Below the pieces are notes generated by a model. The model ran no database searches, was not told the origin of the DNA, and saw only the letters and a program-made list of their open reading frames with translations. From Candidatus Bathyarchaeota archaeon (GTDB taxonomy: Archaea; Thermoproteota; Bathyarchaeia; Bathyarchaeales; Bathycorpusculaceae), in the NCBI GenBank assembly GCA_963777155.1, contig CAVZPM010000038.1, forward strand, positions 35,615 to 99,614: DNA of 64,000 nucleotides, read 5' to 3'. Below, one piece after another: positions 38,601 to 48,800 of the stretch. The translations under genes and the position numbers were made by a program. Position 1 is the first letter of the stretch; the number at the start of each line of letters is the position of its first letter.

Positions 38601-40035
38601 CCTTCAACTGCCTACCCACCAACTCATCAGCCAACTTTAGAAAAGTGTCAATCTTCTCCAAAGGTACCTGTGCACCAGCGGCTATGTTGTGACCTCCACC
38701 TTTGCCACCGTTGGCTTCCGATGCAAGTCGCATGACATCGCCAAGGTTAACGCCTTTACGTAATGCAGCTTCAGTGGTTCTGCCGGAAAACTTTGCAGCC
38801 TTCTCTGCTTCGATGTTAGCGAAGGCTAAGAGTGGTTTTTCGTTGTTAGCAAGGCTTGAAACAATAATGGAGGAAACTGTACCTATGATTTTTTCGTTGA
38901 TAAAGTTCTCACCGTAAATTACGTAGATGTTTTGGAGTTCACGCATGCGTTCGGGTTTTTCGCTCACCCAACTGAGATATTTGTTGATGTTTTTGCGGTA
39001 GTCTTCAAGGATTTTGTTGGATTCTTCCAATGCTGCTTTGCGGTCACCCATACAGATTGCGATGCCTAGGCTCGGTCGATCCATACGTCCTGTCGAATTC
39101 AAAACCACTGCAAACTCGCGTCCATCACGAAGCGCTGTGTTGGGTTCTTCCTTGGTTAAAATGTAAACATAGCCAATAAGGTTGTCAACTTCCATGTGTA
39201 AGCCCTTGGACAACAGGTAGTCGGCCAGAGCTGTACATAGTCGTTTGCGTTCTTCGTCAGTTAAATCGCATAATGCTCGAAGTTTGTCACCCTGCTTTAG
39301 TGGTATACCTAAGTTGGCAACAAAATTTAGTGCTTCAGTTTCCTGACCGCTCAAGCCAGGAATAAACGGGTTTGTTGTGGTTGCCAGCATCTTGTAGATG
39401 GGACGGGTTTCTCTTCCAAAGAAAATCAAGTCTTTCTCTACCCTAAGCAATCCCGCTGCGACACCATCGTTAACTATTATCTCGTTTAGACTGCGCAGAC
39501 TACGTTGTTCATACTTGTCTTGCATATCCCCCAACGCACCAACGAGGGCTATGGGCGCCAAATCCACGTTCGCGGAATTTACAGCTTTAGCTGCAAAATA
39601 AGCTACACCTGAACCGCTAACATCTGTTGCCCCATCTATGCCAAAAAGGTGAGGGTTTACCTGAACAAAGTTGGGGTTAGCTACTTTACTTGTAATTTGA
39701 TGATGGTCAAGAATGACGACTTTAACGTTTGGGATTTTCTCGTTTAGCAGGTCAAGGTAGCCGCTTCCAAAGTCAGTGAGGATTACAAGACTCGGTTTAT
39801 CAGCGATTACTTCGCCCACGATTTTCTCATCAACCCATTGCATTACTCTGATGCGGAAACGGGCCTCAAGCCGACTGAGCATTTTGCCTATAACGCCTGC
39901 TGCGGCAACTCCATCGGCATCCAAATGTGAAAACGCAAGAATAAAACCGTCTTTTTTGACCGTTTCCAAAATGACTTTTGCTGCCTCGTTTGCTGAAACC
40001 AAGAAGTCTTCGATGGATTTTTGCTGTGCCGCCAT
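38569..40035 (-). CDS. DHH/DHHA1 family phosphoesterase (RecJ-like)
   Basis: SHLDADG, TDFGSG, LDHH, GALGDMQ and GGGHNIAAGA motifs. Confidence 0.9.
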   Translation of the reverse strand: MAAQQKSIEDFLVSANEAAKVILETVKKDGFILAFSHLDADGVAAAGVIGKMLSRLEARFRIRVMQWVDEKIVGEVIADKPSLVILTDFGSGYLDLLNEKIPNVKVVILDHHQITSKVANPNFVQVNPHLFGIDGATDVSGSGVAYFAAKAVNSANVDLAPIALVGALGDMQDKYEQRSLRSLNEIIVNDGVAAGLLRVEKDLIFFGRETRPIYKMLATTTNPFIPGLSGQETEALNFVANLGIPLKQGDKLRALCDLTDEERKRLCTALADYLLSKGLHMEVDNLIGYVYILTKEEPNTALRDGREFAVVLNSTGRMDRPSLGIAICMGDRKAALEESNKILEDYRKNINKYLSWVSEKPERMRELQNIYVIYGENFINEKIIGTVSSIIVSSLANNEKPLLAFANIEAEKAAKFSGRTTEAALRKGVNLGDVMRLASEANGGKGGGHNIAAGAQVPLEKIDTFLKLADELVGRQLKGEKLAGNSHA

Positions 40036-40126
40036 GCCAAATCACTTCTTCGAGCTAAGAGGTGTTAATCGGATTTAAAGCTGGCGCATAAAAAAACAAT
40101 AGAAATAGAATTAAAGAAAGAGATGT

Positions 40127-40567
40127 TTAGGTTACTGAAGCGATTTTTGGAACGTATTTCCAGTTCTTGGCGATTACGCCTTCACGTTTGTAGTACCGGC
40201 TGAGCTTGTGGATTCTTGCTTCGATTATTTGCATATTGCGTTTGTTGTGAAGGTCTTTCTTGTTTTTGTCCATGTGCACTGCGAGGCTCTGGGCTTTCTT
40301 CATCAGGTTGGATAGGTCTTCAGGCATTGTTGGAGCTAGGTTTGAGGCTTTTAGTGTGTCGCTTATGCTTTTGCCTGTGAGTGGTTTAACAAGCGGGATG
40401 GCGTATTGGTCGCGTAGGACAGTGCCTATGCTGCTTAGTGAATGGCCTTCTTTAGCCAATTTAATTATGAATGATTCTACTTCTTCAGGCTGGTACTTAC
40501 ACCAACTTGGAGGGCGCCTGCTGACAGGACGCATCGAATGAGATTTCCCTTTTTCTTGCTTTGGCAT
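40127..40567 (-). CDS. rps15: 30S ribosomal protein S15 (uS15)
   Basis: KGKSHSMRP, SSIGTVLRDQYAIP, PEDLSNL and EARIHKLSRYYK motifs. Confidence 0.96.
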   Translation of the reverse strand: MPKQEKGKSHSMRPVSRRPPSWCKYQPEEVESFIIKLAKEGHSLSSIGTVLRDQYAIPLVKPLTGKSISDTLKASNLAPTMPEDLSNLMKKAQSLAVHMDKNKKDLHNKRNMQIIEARIHKLSRYYKREGVIAKNWKYVPKIASVT

Positions 40568-40656
40568 CGTTACACCTTAAACTGCACCCTTATCCACACC
40601 CAACGAATATTTAAAAGTAATCCCCTACAGAAGAAAAAACCGATTTTTCTATCTTC

Positions 40657-41169
40657 TTATTCGTGCTTCCGTCTAGATCTACTTATAAAATACACGAAGA
40701 ACCTTGCTATCAATGATAAACCGATGAGCACAATTAATGAGGACCAGAACTGGAACCAGCCGTTATGTGTTCCCGTCAACAGGAAAACATTGGCTACGAT
40801 GGCGGCGCCCAGCCAGAATATCAAGTCGCCAACACTTTGAGCTATCCGCCTAATACGCGAATGCACAACCAATCTGAGAGCTAAGATCACGATTTGTAGG
40901 ACCCCGACTCCTATCAGGAAAGTTAGGACTGCCGTGTAGAAGCCCTGGTGTTCGGCTGGATGTGCTGGTGCGAGTAGACTCGCGGTTGAACCCGGGCTGC
41001 CAAATGGAAAAGTCACTGTGGTTAGGTCTGAGAAGAATGCGCTGGTTTTCTCTGCTATACCAGGGGTGAATGCGAATACGGCACCTAAAAGTATGAAGAA
41101 TCCGCCTATGGATATGGCGGTGATTAAGCCTTCATGCAAATACCCGTGTCTAACCGCACTGTAAACCAT
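40657..41169 (-). CDS. Hypothetical 4-TM membrane protein (paralog of 19159..19698)
   Basis: Shares LLAPAHPAEH, ILALR..HS, FWLG and WFQFW..GLSLIAR with 19159..19698. Confidence 0.75.
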   Translation of the reverse strand: MVYSAVRHGYLHEGLITAISIGGFFILLGAVFAFTPGIAEKTSAFFSDLTTVTFPFGSPGSTASLLAPAHPAEHQGFYTAVLTFLIGVGVLQIVILALRLVVHSRIRRIAQSVGDLIFWLGAAIVANVFLLTGTHNGWFQFWSSLIVLIGLSLIARFFVYFISRSRRKHE

Positions 41170-41239
41170 GTTATTGCGCCTTCACTAATTCTGCTTATGC
41201 AACAATTGCAATATAACACTTTGTTTTGGGATCTGTTGG

Positions 41240-41836
41240 CTAATGACTCTTGTACCATTTGGCAAACTTACGAATAGCAGCTGCCCGGTGCGAGTAACTA
41301 TTTTTTTCCTCAATGGTCATTTCGGCAAAAGTTTTGATGCTTCCTTTTGGCTGGAAGATGGGGTCAAAACCAAAGCCTGACTTGCCCTGTTCTATGTGTT
41401 CAACCAATGTTATGACTCCTTTGGATTCACCGTCAAAGCATAGAGGTTCGAAAGGATTTTGGCTATCGCAATATGCGATGACAGATTGGAAGTTGGCATG
41501 TCTGTCTTTGGAGTTTTCCAAAAGTTTTAGGATACCGCTGTTTTGGATGGTGTGGAAAACGTAAGCTGCATATGGTCCGGGAAAACCGCTCAGGGATTCT
41601 ATGAATAAACCAGCATCTTCAACAAAAATGGGTAGTCCACACCGTTTGTAAGCATTTAAAGCGCTTTTTTGGGCTATTTCTTTTAGGCTCTCACTTTGGA
41701 TTTCGTCGCCTTTCAGCTTAAGCATACCCACCGCTATGCCATGCTGGCTAAGGATGCTACGTGACCTCATTGAACTTGTTAATGTTTCCCGTCGCAAAGA
41801 AAACAACTCGGTGCTTGGGAATTTGGCATATCTCAT
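41240..41836 (-). CDS. rdgB: RdgB/HAM1 non-canonical purine NTP pyrophosphatase
   Basis: EDAGLFI..GFPGPY, GFGFDPIF and SHR motifs. The conserved N-terminal VVFFATGNINKFNEV is present in a shifted frame, implying compensating indels. Confidence 0.9.
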   Translation of the reverse strand: MRYAKFPSTELFSLRRETLTSSMRSRSILSQHGIAVGMLKLKGDEIQSESLKEIAQKSALNAYKRCGLPIFVEDAGLFIESLSGFPGPYAAYVFHTIQNSGILKLLENSKDRHANFQSVIAYCDSQNPFEPLCFDGESKGVITLVEHIEQGKSGFGFDPIFQPKGSIKTFAEMTIEEKNSYSHRAAAIRKFAKWYKSH

Positions 41837-42528
41837 TGTTTACGTTCTTCGACATAGCGGCCACGCCTCTCTATCTCCCTAATTTTCTCATAAACCTTTT
41901 CCGCGACTTCTATGCCAACGACGGATGAATAGCCGCATAACACATCCTTGAAGCATTTTTCCCAAAACATGTAATGGGTACTCTGCAACGCCCGCTTCAT
42001 CAAATGTAAATCCACCCCTTGCGCCTCCAACTCCTCATTTTTTTCGCCCAAACCAAAGTCAACAAAAAAAAGTTTGCCTTCAGGCGTCAGAATCATGTTT
42101 GAGGTGGTTAAGTCGCCATGGATTAATCCGTGACTGTGAAGTTGTCCTACGGATTTGCCGATTTTAAGGCATAAGTCATGGCGGTCGACTTTTGAAGCTT
42201 TGTTCAAAATTTGTTTTACCTGCTGCCCTTCGACATACTCCATGATAATGGAGGCATCAGGAACGTTTACCATATAGATCAGCGGCGTAGACACCCCAGC
42301 GGTTTTAGCTTCATGCATAAGTTGCGGCTCATGGACCGTGCGGAAACTCCGAATCTGTTCATCCAAAGCTCGAGGACGGTACATTTTGGGGATGCGGACT
42401 TTGATTATTACTTTGCGTCCATGCCAATCGGCGAGGAATAGGCTAGCTTCGGCACCTTTCTTTAGCAGTTTTGCTTCATCTATTTTGTCTATTGTATCCA
42501 TGGCACATCCACCTTGTCCACTCGCCAA
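41833..42528 (-). CDS. bud32: KEOPS kinase Bud32
   Basis: KGAEA, RTVHEPQL, IHGDLTTSN, DFGL and DLHL motifs. Confidence 0.92.
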   Translation of the reverse strand: MASGQGGCAMDTIDKIDEAKLLKKGAEASLFLADWHGRKVIIKVRIPKMYRPRALDEQIRSFRTVHEPQLMHEAKTAGVSTPLIYMVNVPDASIIMEYVEGQQVKQILNKASKVDRHDLCLKIGKSVGQLHSHGLIHGDLTTSNMILTPEGKLFFVDFGLGEKNEELEAQGVDLHLMKRALQSTHYMFWEKCFKDVLCGYSSVVGIEVAEKVYEKIREIERRGRYVEERKQ

Positions 42529-43523
42529 CGCAATTTCACAGAACTTTCATCAACTGGCGTAACCAACCCATGTCTAAAAGCCAAGACGCCTGTCCAAGCA
42601 ATCATAGCACCATTATCAGTGGCAAACTCCAGCGGAACCACACTGAACTTAGCATTATGCTCCTGGGCGATGATCGCAAGCATTGATTGCAGGCGCTTAT
42701 TTGCCGCTACACCACCAGTAAGTAAAACCTCCTTCTTCTCGGTATGTGCCAATGCCCGTTCGGTGATTTCGGTAACCATTGAGAAGGCATGTTCTTGTAG
42801 ACTGTAACATAAATCTTCAAGTCGATAGCTGCCTTTCTGCCACGCAGTTGTCGCCGCCGTCAACAATCCGCTAAGCGACAAATCCATCCCCTTCACTACA
42901 TATGGCAACATAACAAGTTTTTCACCTTTAGACGCCAACTGTTCGATTGCAGCGCCCAGCGGCAAACCCCTCCGGTGCTTAAGCCCAGCTTCCCTAGCGA
43001 AGACATCAAGACAGTTGCCAAGAGCAATGTCTAGGGTTTCGCCGAAAATTCGGTAGCGTCCCGACTCCAAAGCTGTGACCATGGTGTTACCGCCTGAAAC
43101 GTAGAGCGTTACTGGGTCTTGGGCGCCAGTTTTGAGTTTACCGATTTCGATGTGGGCAACGGAGTGGTTTATACCAACTAGTGGAATCCCAAGGTATGAA
43201 GCTAAAGCTCGAGCAACAGTGGCTCCTGTGCGGAGGGATGGCCCTAAACCTGGACCTTGAGAGAAAGCAATAACTGATAATTCGCGCGGTTTCACACCAG
43301 CCTTTACGAGTGCCTCATGCAGGACTTTGTCTGCTACTTCCGCGTGGTGCCGTGCAGCTTCTCGAGGATGGATTCCACCTTCAATTGGGATGTAGCTATC
43401 AGATTTATTAGCCAAGATTTCACCGTTAAACGTGGCGATTCCAACACCAAAATCGTCGGCTGAGGATTCAATACCAAGGCAGTAATTGCCCGAATTGTCT
43501 TTTCCAGTTTCTTTCATTCGCAA
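42489..43523 (-). CDS. kae1: tRNA N6-threonylcarbamoyltransferase Kae1
   Basis: GIHPREAARHH, GPGLGPSL, NHSVAHIE, LYVSGGNT, ETLDIALGN and DNGAMIA motifs. Confidence 0.95.
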   Translation of the reverse strand: MRMKETGKDNSGNYCLGIESSADDFGVGIATFNGEILANKSDSYIPIEGGIHPREAARHHAEVADKVLHEALVKAGVKPRELSVIAFSQGPGLGPSLRTGATVARALASYLGIPLVGINHSVAHIEIGKLKTGAQDPVTLYVSGGNTMVTALESGRYRIFGETLDIALGNCLDVFAREAGLKHRRGLPLGAAIEQLASKGEKLVMLPYVVKGMDLSLSGLLTAATTAWQKGSYRLEDLCYSLQEHAFSMVTEITERALAHTEKKEVLLTGGVAANKRLQSMLAIIAQEHNAKFSVVPLEFATDNGAMIAWTGVLAFRHGLVTPVDESSVKLRWRVDKVDVPWIQ

Positions 43524-43599
43524 TTCACATTTAAGTGGGGATACATATTTTTATGTGAATCCAACGCTTATATTACTGTATTATTTGGAACTGATCTAA

Positions 43600-44019
43600 A
43601 TGCCTAAGCGTAATGACCTTGAACAGAAAGCACTCCACTATGTTGTCGGTACAGGCTATCAGGGTGTGCTTCAATCAGATTTATGGCGTGAACTGGGCGC
43701 AAGCAGCCGAGAAGGCAGCCGCGTATCCATTAAATTGGAAGAGAAAGGGCTTATCAGAAGAGAAAAAGAACTCCAAGAAGGCAGATGGACCTATAGGCTC
43801 TACCCAAAAAGGTTGCCTGCATCCATAGAAACCATCGTGGACTGCCCATGTCTACTTTGTCCAGATAACGCAAGATGTGATCCAACAACCGCCCTTTCAC
43901 CAAAGAGTTGCCCAAAACTAACCGATTGGATACTTAACTTGGGAAAAGAAGCTCCAGCAAGCTTGCTCCTGAAGGTCCAAGCGCAGTATCGTACCAGAAC
44001 CCAGCATACCCGAGGATGA
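43600..44019 (+). CDS. tfeB: Transcription factor E beta subunit (RPC34-related winged helix plus [4Fe-4S] domain)
   Basis: wHTH (GVLQSDLWRELG..SR..KLEEKGLI.RE..GRWTY) followed by CPCLLC..RC..SPKSCPKL.DW. Confidence 0.75.
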   Translation: MPKRNDLEQKALHYVVGTGYQGVLQSDLWRELGASSREGSRVSIKLEEKGLIRREKELQEGRWTYRLYPKRLPASIETIVDCPCLLCPDNARCDPTTALSPKSCPKLTDWILNLGKEAPASLLLKVQAQYRTRTQHTRG

Positions 44020-44657
44020 TTCCGTTGCCGAAAGCTTGGATACGTGAAAGAAAAAACGAGTATTATTATAAGAAAGCCAAGGAAGAAAATTATCGCAGCC
44101 GATCCACATACAAGCTGGTTCAAGCTAACGAAAAATATGGCTTCATCAAACTTCGCGATATTGTTGTTGATTTAGGTGCCGCACCGGGCGGCTGGATTCA
44201 AGCCGCAAGAAAAATGACCGGCAAATATGGCTATTTACTGGGCATTGACTTGAAACCCATAGAACCTTTCACCCAAGAATATATACGCACAATAATTGCG
44301 GACTTCACTGAACCAGGGATAGTTGATCAAATTCTCTCATTTATTCCACGCAAAGCAGATGTGGTTCTTTGTGATGCTGCCCCAAATATTACTGGGGTGT
44401 GGGAAGTTGACCATGCAAGACAAATTGACTTAGCAACTCAAGCCTTAGAAATCGCCCAATGCATTCTACGACCAAACGGCAACTTTTTTGTCAAAGTCTT
44501 CGAAGGCGACCTGCTCAACGATTTCATGCTAAACATGAAGAGGCTATTTGAGGAGGTAAAGTTGGTGAAGCCTCAAGCAAGCCGACAGCAAAGCAGCGAA
44601 ATGTATCTTTTAGCGTTGGGTTTAAAGACGGCGCGTGAATGTGCAGAAGAAAGCTAA
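44016..44657 (+). CDS. rlmE: 23S rRNA Um2552 2'-O-methyltransferase
   Basis: YRSRSTYKL, DLGAAPGGW, DAAPNITG, KVF and KP.ASR..S.E.Y motifs. Confidence 0.94.
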   Translation: MIPLPKAWIRERKNEYYYKKAKEENYRSRSTYKLVQANEKYGFIKLRDIVVDLGAAPGGWIQAARKMTGKYGYLLGIDLKPIEPFTQEYIRTIIADFTEPGIVDQILSFIPRKADVVLCDAAPNITGVWEVDHARQIDLATQALEIAQCILRPNGNFFVKVFEGDLLNDFMLNMKRLFEEVKLVKPQASRQQSSEMYLLALGLKTARECAEES

Positions 44658-44696
44658 TTTTCCTGCTTTAACTTCATGTTTAGATAGGTGTAATAT

Positions 44697-45389
44697 TTGA
44701 AAGTTATATCGGCGGATTCTGCTGCGGCAATATTAGATGAGCATTTTAATGCTATTTATCATGTTGCTTCGGTGTCGGTACTGGTTGAACCACCTTATAG
44801 GGAACCATCTTTTCGTTTGGCTGAACCTATTTTTAGGAAAGTAGATGAGGGGTTTGATTTGATTGTTCATGAAGCTGAACTCTGCCGAGGTTTATTGGAT
44901 AAAATGAAGGCGGATATCGTGCATTTGGATATGTCTTTGGGCGGAGTTTCTGTCGAGGAATTATCACCTGTGGAACTCATGAACCTAAGGGCGTCCAAGG
45001 CAGGAAGACAAAGCATTCTCAAAATACTGCCCAGGCTCAGGAAAATTGCGTGTGAAATCAAGCGGGTCCACGGCATAGATATGTTGGCTATTGGCAAAGA
45101 GAGTGTTCCTGTGCGGATTGCTGAGTTGACGGCGGGGGCAGAAGCTATTCTGTTTGCTTGTCAAAGAGCTCTTGATGAAAAAGATAGTGTTCTGTTGGGG
45201 TTGCCATTGAGTTGTCAACCCAGGTTTATCGGTAACTATGTGTATCTGCAGTCGCTTTTGGCAAACGAGCATGACGTACGAGGTTTTAGCGTGGATACGC
45301 TGGATGTTTTGACAAAGGTTAAATTATCAGAAACGTTAAACCCTACCGCAAGAGGATTCCGAGCTTTAAAGATAAAACCAGAAAAATAG
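44697..45389 (+). CDS. DUF4152-like conserved archaeal protein
   Basis: VISADS..ILDE..VLVEPPYR, HLDMSLGG and GKESVPVRIAE motifs. Confidence 0.7.
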   Translation: MKVISADSAAAILDEHFNAIYHVASVSVLVEPPYREPSFRLAEPIFRKVDEGFDLIVHEAELCRGLLDKMKADIVHLDMSLGGVSVEELSPVELMNLRASKAGRQSILKILPRLRKIACEIKRVHGIDMLAIGKESVPVRIAELTAGAEAILFACQRALDEKDSVLLGLPLSCQPRFIGNYVYLQSLLANEHDVRGFSVDTLDVLTKVKLSETLNPTARGFRALKIKPEK

Positions 45390-45403
45390 GAGATTAATTT
45401 GAA

Positions 45404-45985
45404 ATGAATTATCCCTCATTTTGGAAAACCGCTTCACTTAGACGCAAGAGGATTTACTCGATTATATTCATGTTTGCGTTTGCGGTATCTTTGACTGTAA
45501 TTGGCTCATTAGTGCCACTTAGTCCTCAATTTGCAAAAGAAATAAATGACAGCATAAATCAAACAAGAACTCAGGGATTAGAAAACGGCACATTGATTCC
45601 GTCGATTCTTCTGAATAATTTTGGTCTTTGTCTTGCAATGTTTATTCCTCTCGCAGGCGCCGTCTTAGGCTTGTTCATAATGTTTAATACTGGTCTTGCT
45701 TTTTCGGCTGCGTTTCAAGTGCAAAGCACAACTGCAGCTTCAACGCCTCCTCTTGACATATCACCTACTACAGCAGTCATTGCCTTGCTGGTTTTCGGCC
45801 TTGTGTTTCTACTAGAATATGTTTCCTATTCAATCGCTATCGCAGAAAGTATATGGCTGTTTCGACGACTAAGACAACGGAAGTGGGGAGAACTCAAAAA
45901 TGCGGCGATTCTAATTGGAATTGTTGCAGTCCTGCTCATTGTTGGCGCTGTTGTGGAAACGTGGTTAATTTCAACCATCGGTTGA
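45404..45985 (+). CDS. Stage II sporulation protein M (SpoIIM)-like membrane protein
   Basis: ILLNNF..FIP..G..FNTG, LLE..YSIA and GAVVETW pattern. Confidence 0.75.
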   Translation: MNYPSFWKTASLRRKRIYSIIFMFAFAVSLTVIGSLVPLSPQFAKEINDSINQTRTQGLENGTLIPSILLNNFGLCLAMFIPLAGAVLGLFIMFNTGLAFSAAFQVQSTTAASTPPLDISPTTAVIALLVFGLVFLLEYVSYSIAIAESIWLFRRLRQRKWGELKNAAILIGIVAVLLIVGAVVETWLISTIG

Positions 45986-45993
45986 CGATTGGT

Positions 45994-46852
45994 TTACTCT
46001 TTTTTCACTATTTCCAAACTTATGTCAAGAGCTTTAACAGTGTGAGTGAGTTCACCCAAACTTATGATGTCCACCTGCGCCGCTGCATACTCAAGTAGAT
46101 TTTCGCTCGTAATTCCTCCACTTGCCTCAAGTAACACCATGCTAAACCCTGCTTTTCTCAATTGTTTGGACAGCATCTTTAGCTTGTTTGGGAGAAAAAT
46201 TGTCCAACAATACTATGTCAGCACCAGCCTTTGCAGCTATCACAGCATCCTTAGTGCTGGTTACTTCAACTTCGATTTTCTTGGTAAAAGAAGCATTAGC
46301 TTTTGCCCTCTTTACAGCTTCCTCAACACTTCCCACAATGGATAGGTGGTTGTCTTTAATCATAACCATGTCATCCAAATGCAACCTATGCGGATCCCCG
46401 CCCCCAAGGACCACAGCTTTTTTGTCGAAGTAGAGCAACCCGGGCGCGGATTTGCGTGTTGCCGCAATCTTTGCTTTCACGTTTGCCTTCTCAAGTTTCT
46501 CAGTCAAGGAGCGAGTTTTGGTCGCAATACCGCTCATTCGCGAAAGAAGATTAAGCAAAGTCCGCTCGACTGTAAGCACAGTTTGGGCATCTCCTGAAAC
46601 CTGCATCAGAATTTGCTTGTTCTTTATTCTCTCTCCATCAGCAACCATAGCTTTAACAGTTAACCCCAAGCATTCAGCAAGTAATGTGGCTTCTTCGATC
46701 CCCGCTATTATTCCAGCTTCTTTTGCAACAACCTCTGCATTAACTTTCAAATTTGCGGGAACAACTGCTGACGCTGTTACGTCGCCCAATCCTATATCAT
46801 CGGCGAGGATTTGTTTGAGCTTCTCCTCCACGATTCGCTTTGGAATAAACAT
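45994..46852 (-). CDS. nadC: Nicotinate-nucleotide pyrophosphorylase (frameshift near 46165)
   Basis: DDIGLGDVT, ERTLLN..RMSGIAT, TRK, HRLHLDD..IKDNH, EVEV and LLDNF motifs. The C-terminal LEASGGIT is in the next frame. Confidence 0.92.
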
Positions 46853-46949
46853 ACTTGTAGTGTTGACGTTTAGAGCTTAAAATGCTTGCCTTTCCTTGGT
46901 TGAAGTAAGCTATAGTTCAAATATATTCATGCAGTAACCAGTATACCAT

Positions 46950-48094
46950 ATGCGACTGCTACTCAGCTGCTCCGAACTCGGATTGGGACATGTTTCGCGA
47001 ATCATTCCTCTAGGGAAGCTGCTGAAGAAAAACGGTCATGAATTATTCTTTTTTTCCGGCGGAAAAGCCTATGAATTGCTCCAAAAAGAATTCAGCCACG
47101 TCTATAAATGCACACCAATTTCATGGTACGAAAATGCCCATGGCATAATCACCTCCGCCTCACTAATCAACCTGTTATTTCCCCTTCCACTCTTCAACGT
47201 GGAACTAAACAGACTAGAAATGAAAAGATCCAACGCCATGGAAACCATCAACCGCTACTATGATTTAAGAGAAAACCTGCATGATATTGCACCAGATATG
47301 CTTATCGCCGACGGTGACATAAACGCTCTAAGGCTAGCTCAAAGATGGAAAATTCCCTCAGTCTACATTGCAAACATGATTAGACCAAGCTACGGCTTCT
47401 CATCTTTTCTAAGCCCAGGCGAACGGTTAGTCGAACGGTACGTTAAGCAGTGCTCAAAAATAATAATTCCCGACAACCCGCCACCCTACACTGTATCCGA
47501 ATATAACATCGGCAACTTGGACAAAATGAATCTAAACCGAAAAAGTTGAGTATGTAGGAAGCTTTGTCGATACCACACCCGTTGCAGGTGAGCAAGAGCA
47601 TATTTTCGCTCCAATAAGCGGTCCCAGTAGGAACAAGGGCAAAGCTAACGAAGACTCTTTTGCCAGTGCTCGAAAAACTAAAAACAAAATGCGTCATAAG
47701 CTTGGGCACACCTGGCAGGAAGGCTTCAGCGAAAATTGGCAACTGCGAAATCCACACCTGGCTGTCGCCTGAAGAACGCGAACAAGCTATGCGAAATGCC
47801 AAGTTTGTAATTTTCAGCGGCGGACATGCAACATGCTTTGAAACGATCAAGTACGCTAAACCAAGTATCTGCATCCCCACACAACCCGAACAGTTGGGCA
47901 ACGCAGCTAAACTGCAGGACTTAAACTGTTCAATAACTGTAAAAAACCAGAAAGCAACTTGAAAAAGCAGTTGAAAAGATGGAAGAACAAAAAATAGACT
48001 ACGAACAGAAATGTGGAAGCGTTAAATCAGTTTTCTAATAGATATAATGGTTTGAACCGAGCGGTTTCGATTAGTTGAAAATCTACTGGATTAA
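46950..48094 (+). CDS. GT-B glycosyltransferase (GT28 / MJ1255-like), at least three frameshifts
   Basis: GLGHVSR N-terminus, DMLIADGD, SGGHATCFE and IPTQPEQLGNA..L motifs across ORFs 46950..47549 and 47660..47962, plus the intervening and trailing frames. Confidence 0.75.
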
Positions 48095-48096
48095 GG

Positions 48097-48756
48097 CTAT
48101 TGTTTTGTTAGGTTTAATCGTTTGATTTCGCCGTTTGGTGTTACTTCATCAAAGACGATAGCTTTGAATTTGTAGATTCTAGCATCTTTAGTTAGCCAGC
48201 TGTCTGGGGGCACGCCTGCTTTCATGCAGCATTGACACAAAAACTCCTCCTCGCACCAACCCCATTCCACTGGCACCTGCGGCAAAAGCAATCCCTTGTA
48301 GGGACCCCGCTCAACGATTAAGCCGTCTTCGCCGACTTTAATTTTGCTTACGTATTCCTTTGGGTTTGCCACTTCCACAAGTTCAGGTGGTGTGAGCACG
48401 CTTACTTCAAAAACAACCTTTTCCAACTCATCTGACGATAAGGGCTCAAACCTTGGGTCTTCTGTAGCAGCATTAATGGCGTTGTCAATCACTGCCTCTA
48501 CAAGTGGACATGTAGGGTATGGATAGCCGATACACCCACGGAGCTCCTTCTCATCACCTCGGAGGCTGTTTATGGTTACAAAAACGCCACATTGTGAAAA
48601 GAGTTTTTTGGGTGTCTCTTTTGGTGGTTTAAGGGCTTTGCCCGTTTTGAGGTACTGTTGTACGGTGTTTCTTGCAAGTTGGATTAGGAATTTTCCTTCT
48701 TCTTGGGTTAATTCAAACGACATACTTTTTCTACCTTCAAGGAGCCTATGCACCAC
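48097..48756 (-). CDS. AMMECR1 / AmmeMemoRadiSam protein A (TIGR00296)
   Basis: GVFVT..LRGCIG, AATEDPRF, FEVSVLT, GLLLPQVPVEWGW and CMKAG motifs. Confidence 0.92.
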   Translation of the reverse strand: MVHRLLEGRKSMSFELTQEEGKFLIQLARNTVQQYLKTGKALKPPKETPKKLFSQCGVFVTINSLRGDEKELRGCIGYPYPTCPLVEAVIDNAINAATEDPRFEPLSSDELEKVVFEVSVLTPPELVEVANPKEYVSKIKVGEDGLIVERGPYKGLLLPQVPVEWGWCEEEFLCQCCMKAGVPPDSWLTKDARIYKFKAIVFDEVTPNGEIKRLNLTKQ

Positions 48757-48800
48757 TCAATAGCTCAGTTAACTAAAAAAATATTAAAAAGAAGAATAGG

